Origin: an uncultured Gemmatimonadaceae bacterium
GTDB lineage: Bacteria > Gemmatimonadota > Gemmatimonadetes > Gemmatimonadales > Gemmatimonadaceae
Direction of reading: 5' to 3'
DNA length: 64,000 bases
Assembly (NCBI GenBank): GCA_963761305.1
Contig: CAVXGK010000002.1
Span: 2,112,001 to 2,176,000, forward strand
Numbering within the stretch: position 1 is the stretch's first letter; every line of letters starts with the position of its first letter. Positions 58,341 through 64,000 of this stretch are shown piece after piece. The position numbers and the translations under genes are program-made. The notes under the pieces are model-generated. The model was not told the origin of the DNA. It searched no databases and worked only from the letters and a program-made list of their open reading frames with translations.

Positions 58341-59897
58341 TTGGCGTTTGTGACCTCGCTCACGCTAGCAATCGTTGGGCCCGCGCGCGCGCAGTCGAAT
58401 TCGCCGGACGCTCTCCGTACCCGCGTGCGCGCCTATCGGACCGCGCACGACACGTCAATCGTGCGCGAGTTGCGGGACTTCGTCGCCATCCCGAACGTCG
58501 CATCTGACACCGCCAACATTCGACGCAACGCTTTGCGCCTTCGAGAGATGATGGCGACGCGGGGCATCGCGGCGAGGATTCTCGAGTCGCCGGAAGGCGG
58601 GTCACCGGTGGTCTACGGCGAGCTGCCGTCTCCCGGCGCGACGAAGACCGTCGTCTTCTACGCGCACTACGACGGCCAGCCGGTCGACCCGTCGCAATGG
58701 ACGTCGCCGCCGTGGAGCCCCGTCCTCCTCGACAAGACCCTCGAGTCCGGCGGCCGGCCGGTTCCCGCGCCGACCACGCTCGGCGCGATGCAGGGCGAGT
58801 GGCGGCTCTACGGCCGGTCGTCGAGCGACGACAAGGCGCCGATCGTCGCGATGCTCACGGCCATCGACGCACTCAAGGCGGCGGGGGTGCAACCGTCGGT
58901 GAATCTCAAGCTGTTCTTCGAGGGGGAGGAGGAGGCCGGGTCCGGCCACCTCGAGCCGATGCTCGTCCGAAACGCGAACCTTCTGCGGGCCGACGCATGG
59001 CTCTTCGGCGACGGCCCGGTTCACCAGTCCCGGCGGCAGCAGGTGGTGTTCGGCGTCCGCGGCGTGACCGGCGCCGAGATCACGCTGTATGGCCCGTCGC
59101 ACGCGCTCCACAGCGGACACTACGGCAACTGGGCGCCCAATCCGGTCACGATGCTGGCGAATCTCATCGCCAGCATGCGGAACGACGACGGCCGGATTCT
59201 GATCTCACACTTCTACGACGACGTCGTGCCGGTCTCGCCGGCCGAGCGGCGCGCGCTGGCGAGCATTCCGCCGGTGGATTCGGCGCTGCGCGCCGAGACT
59301 CAGCTCGGCGCGACCGAGGCGAGCGACGCGGCGCTCGTCGAACGCATCATGCTCCCGGCGCTCAATCTGCGCGGAATTCGCGGCGGAGCGGTCGGAGCCA
59401 CGGCGTCGAACGCGATTCCGACCGAGGCCACGGCATCGATCGACTTCCGCCTCGTGCCGCGGCAGACGCCTGAGCACGTACGGCGCCTGGTCGAAACGCA
59501 CATTCGCGAGCGCGGCTACACGATCGTCCAGCACACGCCGACGGCCGACGAACGGATGCACCACCCGCGCATCGCCAAGGTGACGTGGGAAGCCGGCTAT
59601 CCGCCGACGCGTGTGCCGATGGACGCGCCGTTGTCGCAAGCCGTGCTGCGCGCGACGCAGGAAGCCGTCGGCGGCCCGGTGGTCGCGCTCCCGACGCTGG
59701 GAGGGAGCTTGCCGATGTACACGTTCGAGAAGGTCCTGCACGTGCCGCTCATCGTGCTGCCGATCGTGAACCACGACAACAACCAGCACGCGGCGAACGA
59801 GAACGTGCGGCTCCAGAATCTGTTCGACGGGATCGATGTGTACGCCTGCGTGCTGGCGCGGCTCGGGACATACTGGGATAGTCGGATTCGTCCGTGA
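58341..59897 (+). CDS. M20/M25/M40 family metallopeptidase, exported
   Basis: YAHYDGQP, GRSSSDDK, EGEEEAGS, LHSGHYG and QHAANEN motifs; start uncertain. Confidence 0.9.
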   Translation: MAFVTSLTLAIVGPARAQSNSPDALRTRVRAYRTAHDTSIVRELRDFVAIPNVASDTANIRRNALRLREMMATRGIAARILESPEGGSPVVYGELPSPGATKTVVFYAHYDGQPVDPSQWTSPPWSPVLLDKTLESGGRPVPAPTTLGAMQGEWRLYGRSSSDDKAPIVAMLTAIDALKAAGVQPSVNLKLFFEGEEEAGSGHLEPMLVRNANLLRADAWLFGDGPVHQSRRQQVVFGVRGVTGAEITLYGPSHALHSGHYGNWAPNPVTMLANLIASMRNDDGRILISHFYDDVVPVSPAERRALASIPPVDSALRAETQLGATEASDAALVERIMLPALNLRGIRGGAVGATASNAIPTEATASIDFRLVPRQTPEHVRRLVETHIRERGYTIVQHTPTADERMHHPRIAKVTWEAGYPPTRVPMDAPLSQAVLRATQEAVGGPVVALPTLGGSLPMYTFEKVLHVPLIVLPIVNHDNNQHAANENVRLQNLFDGIDVYACVLARLGTYWDSRIRP

Positions 59898-59965
59898 GAC
59901 TGCCGCCTAGCCCGGCGAGCGCGCGAAAGAATTTGAACGAGATGGTTACCAAAATCGCGCAACGT

Positions 59966-61261
59966 TCAGACCGGCACGCCGCGGCGCCGCAGGAGCGCGA
60001 GAACCTCCTCGCTTGCCTGTATGCCATCGAGCTTTGCCGGGATCAACGCGCCGCCGTCGAGCAGCGTGTCGACGACGCCCGCGTAGTCGGCGGTTGGTCG
60101 TCCCCACCCGTGGAGCGATCCGTAGAACGCCCAATCGAGGGGGGTCCCGTCGTGATCCGCGTCCCGGGTCCCGGTCGGCGCGCCGCGACTGATGAGCAGG
60201 GTCGCGATCTCGACGTCGCCGTGGAAGCCGGCCCAATGGAGCGCCGTTACCCGCCTCGGCATCGCAGCGCCGGAAGGCCAGCCCGCATCGAGGAATAACC
60301 GCACCGCGTTCGCGTTGGACGCCTCCGCCGCGATCGGCAAGCGCGCGAGCTCATCTTCTCCCAACGTCTCGACGATTCCCGCGTGCTTCGCGAGCAACGC
60401 CTTCGCGTCACGCTCCTGGCCCAGCTCGAGCAGCACCGCGAGCGCGAATGCGGCCCGCGTGCGCGACATCAGGAGCGCAAACACGTCCTCGTGCTTGAAG
60501 TCGCGCGCGATCTCGTGCGCGGTCTTTTGGCCGCCGAGCGTCCAGGTGTAGATCGTGCCGCCGGCGCGTGGATCTCGTTTGGGGAAATACCGCTCGTTGA
60601 CGACAGTTCGCACGCTCGCCGGCGCGTCGTCGAGGAATTTCCGCACCAGATCCACGTCGCCGAGGGCGGCGGCCATCAGGATGTCGGTCTTGCCGCCGCG
60701 CGAGACGAGAAAGCGCGAGACGTCCTGTCGCTCTCGAATTGCCCATTGGGCAGCGGTCGATTCGTGATCCACATCGATGGCGTCGATGTCGGCGCCGGCG
60801 TCGAGGAGGAGGCTCGCCACTTCGACGTTCGCCGCGTAATGAAGCGGGAACTGCCCGTCGCCGCCGCGCGCATGAACGGCGGCGGGATCGGCGCGCAGAA
60901 TGCTCTCGACTTCGTCGAGCCATCCGAGGCGCGCCGCCGCGTGCAGCGTCAGCACCGCACCTCGCTCGCGAAGAAACGGCACCAGCGACGCGTCGGCCGA
61001 GTCGATTGGACCGAAGCTCCCGGCCCACCAATGACTGCGCGCGTTGACGTCGGCGCCGGCGCGAACGAGGACGTCGATCATCTCGCGCCGGTTGTGCTCG
61101 ACGGGACGCCGCAGAATCGTCCCGCCGAACGATTCGCCGGGCGCGTTGTCGTTCAGCCGCGATGAAAGCGACGGATCGGACGCGAGGATCGCCTTGGCGC
61201 GCTCGACATCATCGCCACGGACAGCGGCCGCCAGGTCGGCGAACGCGTCGTCGCTCGTCAC
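59966..61261 (-). CDS. Ankyrin-repeat protein
   Basis: LHAAARLG, GQFPLHYA, LLLDAGADID, TALHWAGFHG and GTPLDWA repeats. Confidence 0.9.
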   Translation of the reverse strand: MTSDDAFADLAAAVRGDDVERAKAILASDPSLSSRLNDNAPGESFGGTILRRPVEHNRREMIDVLVRAGADVNARSHWWAGSFGPIDSADASLVPFLRERGAVLTLHAAARLGWLDEVESILRADPAAVHARGGDGQFPLHYAANVEVASLLLDAGADIDAIDVDHESTAAQWAIRERQDVSRFLVSRGGKTDILMAAALGDVDLVRKFLDDAPASVRTVVNERYFPKRDPRAGGTIYTWTLGGQKTAHEIARDFKHEDVFALLMSRTRAAFALAVLLELGQERDAKALLAKHAGIVETLGEDELARLPIAAEASNANAVRLFLDAGWPSGAAMPRRVTALHWAGFHGDVEIATLLISRGAPTGTRDADHDGTPLDWAFYGSLHGWGRPTADYAGVVDTLLDGGALIPAKLDGIQASEEVLALLRRRGVPV

Positions 61262-62280
61262 CGGCGAGCGACTCCGAGCCCGGGAGCGTCGGGAATGGCG
61301 ATGCGCCCCCGCTCGATCGTCGCGCCGCGGTACGGATCGTCAGAAAGCAACGCAGCCCCATCAAAGTCGGCGTAGTCCAAGAGCGGCGCGAAGTGCGCCG
61401 CGGCGGTGATTCCGAGGCTCGTCTCGATCATGCAGCCGGCCATGACGAGCATGCCGTGTGCCCGGGCGGTCGCGATCATCTTGAGCGCTTCACGCAATCC
61501 GCCGCACTTCGAGAGCTTGATGTTGATCCCGTCGACGATGCCGGCCAGTCGCGCCACATCGGTGGGCCCGATGCAGGACTCGTCGGCGATCACCGGCAGA
61601 CGCGACCGCTCGCGTACGAACCTGAGCCCCTCGAGATCGTGCGCCGCGACGGGCTGCTCGACGTACTCGACGCCGCACTCCACCAACACGTCGATCATAC
61701 GCAGCGCGTGCTTGGGCGTCCACGCCGCGTTGGCGTCCACTCGAAGCACCTTGTCCGGCGCCGCCTGTCGCACCGACTGAATGATCCGCTCGTCGCGATC
61801 CGTGCCCAGCTTCACCTTGAGAACCGGATACGGCGCCGCGTCGGCGATGCGCTTGCGCAGCTCGTCATCGTTGGCCGCAATCGCGATCGTGAAGCTCGAG
61901 AGCGGCGCGCGCGCGGGATCGAGGCCCCACATTTTGTAGACGGGGACTCCGAGCCTCTTGCCGGCGAGATCATGCAACGCCGCGCTGATCGCCGACTTGG
62001 CCGAGCCGTTGAACCGGAGCGCGCGCCCCAAGTCGGCTTCGATGTCCTCGAGGTGCCACGGATCGGCCGCGGTGACGACCGGCGCCAGACGCTCCAGCGC
62101 GGCGACGGCCGTGTCGACGGTCTCGCCGTAGAAGCGATTCGGCGCGGCCTCGCCCCAACCTTCACAGCCGTCGTCGTCGATCAGCCGAACGCGAACGAGG
62201 CGATGTTCGCTCGCGCCACCGCGCGCGATGACGAACGGGTGCGTCGTGTGAACCGTCGAGGTGTCGTGCTCGAGCCTCAT
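61258..62280 (-). CDS. Dipeptide epimerase (L-Ala-D/L-Glu epimerase, enolase superfamily)
   Basis: GWGEA, KVKLG, VDAN, EQP, ADES, NIKLSKCGG, GCMIE and DFDG motifs. Confidence 0.92.
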   Translation of the reverse strand: MRLEHDTSTVHTTHPFVIARGGASEHRLVRVRLIDDDGCEGWGEAAPNRFYGETVDTAVAALERLAPVVTAADPWHLEDIEADLGRALRFNGSAKSAISAALHDLAGKRLGVPVYKMWGLDPARAPLSSFTIAIAANDDELRKRIADAAPYPVLKVKLGTDRDERIIQSVRQAAPDKVLRVDANAAWTPKHALRMIDVLVECGVEYVEQPVAAHDLEGLRFVRERSRLPVIADESCIGPTDVARLAGIVDGINIKLSKCGGLREALKMIATARAHGMLVMAGCMIETSLGITAAAHFAPLLDYADFDGAALLSDDPYRGATIERGRIAIPDAPGLGVARR

Positions 62281-63284
62281 CGCCCCGAGAGCAATCCCGC
62301 GCGACGCACGACCGCCGCCATGCGATACTGCTGCGAGCCGTCGGCCGTCGATCGCAGGAAACCGATCAGCGCGTCGGCAAGGTCGTTGCCTCGCGCATAG
62401 CGCGCCGACGGCGCCTTGGCGAGGCACTTCATGACGATTTCCGAAAGTGACGGCGGCACGAGCGGGTTCGCCGTCGACGGTGCGACGGCGTTGTCGTGCA
62501 CCTGCTTGTAGCTCACCGAAAACGCGTCGGCAGCGTCGAACGGCGGGATGCCGATGAGCGACTCGTACAACAGAATGCCGATGGCGTAGATGTCGCTGCG
62601 ACCGTCCACGAGCTTGCCCATCGCCTGTTCGGGCGACATGTAGTGCGGCGTGCCCATCGCGCGGCCGGTCGCCGTGAGCCGGCCGTGAAAACGCGCCGTG
62701 GCGATCCCGAAGTCGGTGATGATGGCGTTCCCGTCTTCGTCGAACAGGACGTTGTCGGGCTTGACGTCGCGATGCACGACGCCGCGTCGATGCGCGTAGT
62801 CGAGCGCGCACGCCACCTGCGCGGCGACCGCCGCCGCCGTGAGGGGCTCGACCCGCCGGTTGTTCTGAATGAGGTCCGCCAGCGCGCCGCCTTCGAGGAA
62901 CGGCATGACCGTGTACACGACGTCGTCCGTCGCGCCGTAGTCCAGGATCGGGCAGATGTGCGGATGCACCAGCTTGGCCGCCGCCTCCGCTTCGCGCCGG
63001 AATCGCTCGGCGACTTCGGCGTCGCGCGCCAGATGCGGATGCAGCACCTTGATCACGACCTGCCGCTCGAGCTGCGCCTGCTCGGCGATGTAGACCTCGG
63101 CCATGCCACCGCCGCCGTGGCGGCGGAGCACGCGATACCGGCTGCCCGTCGCGCGGCGAAGTCGCGTCAGCTCGTCGTCCGGGCGCTCGAACGCGCCGCG
63201 CTTGAGCTCCGGCAGCTGCTCGCCGCAGCGGTCACATACCGCCGACGACGCGCGATTCCAGGTGCCGCACTGAGGACAGAACAC
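62277..63284 (-). CDS. Hanks-type Ser/Thr protein kinase with N-terminal zinc ribbon
   Basis: FCPQCG..CDRCG; GGGGMAEVY, VIK, HRDVKPDN, DFG and GTPHYMSPEQ; GTG start. Confidence 0.93.
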   Translation of the reverse strand: MFCPQCGTWNRASSAVCDRCGEQLPELKRGAFERPDDELTRLRRATGSRYRVLRRHGGGGMAEVYIAEQAQLERQVVIKVLHPHLARDAEVAERFRREAEAAAKLVHPHICPILDYGATDDVVYTVMPFLEGGALADLIQNNRRVEPLTAAAVAAQVACALDYAHRRGVVHRDVKPDNVLFDEDGNAIITDFGIATARFHGRLTATGRAMGTPHYMSPEQAMGKLVDGRSDIYAIGILLYESLIGIPPFDAADAFSVSYKQVHDNAVAPSTANPLVPPSLSEIVMKCLAKAPSARYARGNDLADALIGFLRSTADGSQQYRMAAVVRRAGLLSGR

Positions 63285-63288
63285 TCGG

Positions 63289-63927
63289 TCAGCCCCCGAA
63301 CTGCATTTGCACGAAGTCGTACGGCGCCCACGGCCCTGTGACGTCGAACTTGAGCGCGTGGTGAGCCTCGTGCTGTTCGGCCACGGCGCGCATGAAGTCC
63401 TTCCAGTGGTCGCGCTCGACGAGAAACGCGGCGCTCGACACGCGCCCGGTGGACGCGTCGAACATGAGTGGAATCGCCATGACGGCGTTGCGCCGAAGCG
63501 CGCGCACCGCTTCGTTCGCGGCGTTGGCGACGTCGGCGTCCGCCGCACGGCTGGCGCCGGCGCCATCGTGCGTAATGTGCACGCGAGCGGCGGCGCGATC
63601 CTCGACAAACTCCAGCGCTCCCGTCAGGGACACGTAGTGCAACTCCATCCAGCGGGTGATTGCGTCGGCCGACCGAAAGACGACGCCGACCGGTGCGGGT
63701 AGAATCGGCGCGGTGTGAAAAACGGCGTCGACGATGGCGCGGTGGTCTTCGATCCGGTCCTTGTCGACGTCGTCCAGCGCAAAACTCTTCTGGTCAGAGA
63801 CGACCGCCCCGACGTCGCGATACGAGACGAGTCGGCTTCCGACCGTCGCGCCGGGCACTTCGGGCAGGGCGTGTCCGTCGGACAGGACAATTCCGTGGAG
63901 CAGAAGCGGCGTCTGGGATGGCGGCAT
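63289..63927 (-). CDS. Divergent, shortened GvpL/GvpF family protein
   Basis: DVGAVVS, HRAIV, PILPAPVGVVF, AAFLV and TGPWAPYDFV motifs. Confidence 0.8.
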   Translation of the reverse strand: MPPSQTPLLLHGIVLSDGHALPEVPGATVGSRLVSYRDVGAVVSDQKSFALDDVDKDRIEDHRAIVDAVFHTAPILPAPVGVVFRSADAITRWMELHYVSLTGALEFVEDRAAARVHITHDGAGASRAADADVANAANEAVRALRRNAVMAIPLMFDASTGRVSSAAFLVERDHWKDFMRAVAEQHEAHHALKFDVTGPWAPYDFVQMQFGG

Positions 63928-64000
63928 GGAGTTTATTCTAGAGCCCGCATGTGCACGACGCACGCCGCCGCCAAACGTTCCGGCGCGTAGCCCCCCTCGA

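Overview
GC-rich bacterial chromosomal segment. The gene content (DUF2911 proteins, Acidobacteria-type PadR, barrel-less TonB plug proteins, ankyrin protein, class II RNR) suggests Gemmatimonadota or a similar soil lineage; this is inference. 1-12 kb holds accessory envelope and lipoprotein genes. About 12.1-21.2 kb is an island-like, partly decayed block with PadR, frameshifted plug-domain genes, secreted hypotheticals, a broken HsdR-N-like nuclease and a VapBC45-like toxin-antitoxin pair whose toxin is broken. It also contains a non-coding element with two tRNA T-arms (13992-14098) and an inverted-repeat-bracketed structured region (12134-12588). 21.2-64 kb is mostly core: nrdJ, gamma-CA family, DUF4139, PQQ sugar dehydrogenase, Omp85 protein, amidase, PP2C, anmK, murQ, ggt, ABC exporter, HK/RR, ccdA, a phosphodiesterase-TonB receptor in-frame fusion, a TIGR00300-like protein, priA, a PAS kinase, two GvpL/GvpF genes without gvpA, an M20 peptidase, a dipeptide epimerase and a Ser/Thr kinase. 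Three families of short dispersed repeats occupy intergenic spaces, often as inverted pairs, and one has entered nrdJ in frame. No CRISPR array, rRNA, intact tRNA, integrase or transposase was seen. All family calls come from motif recognition by eye, not from searches.
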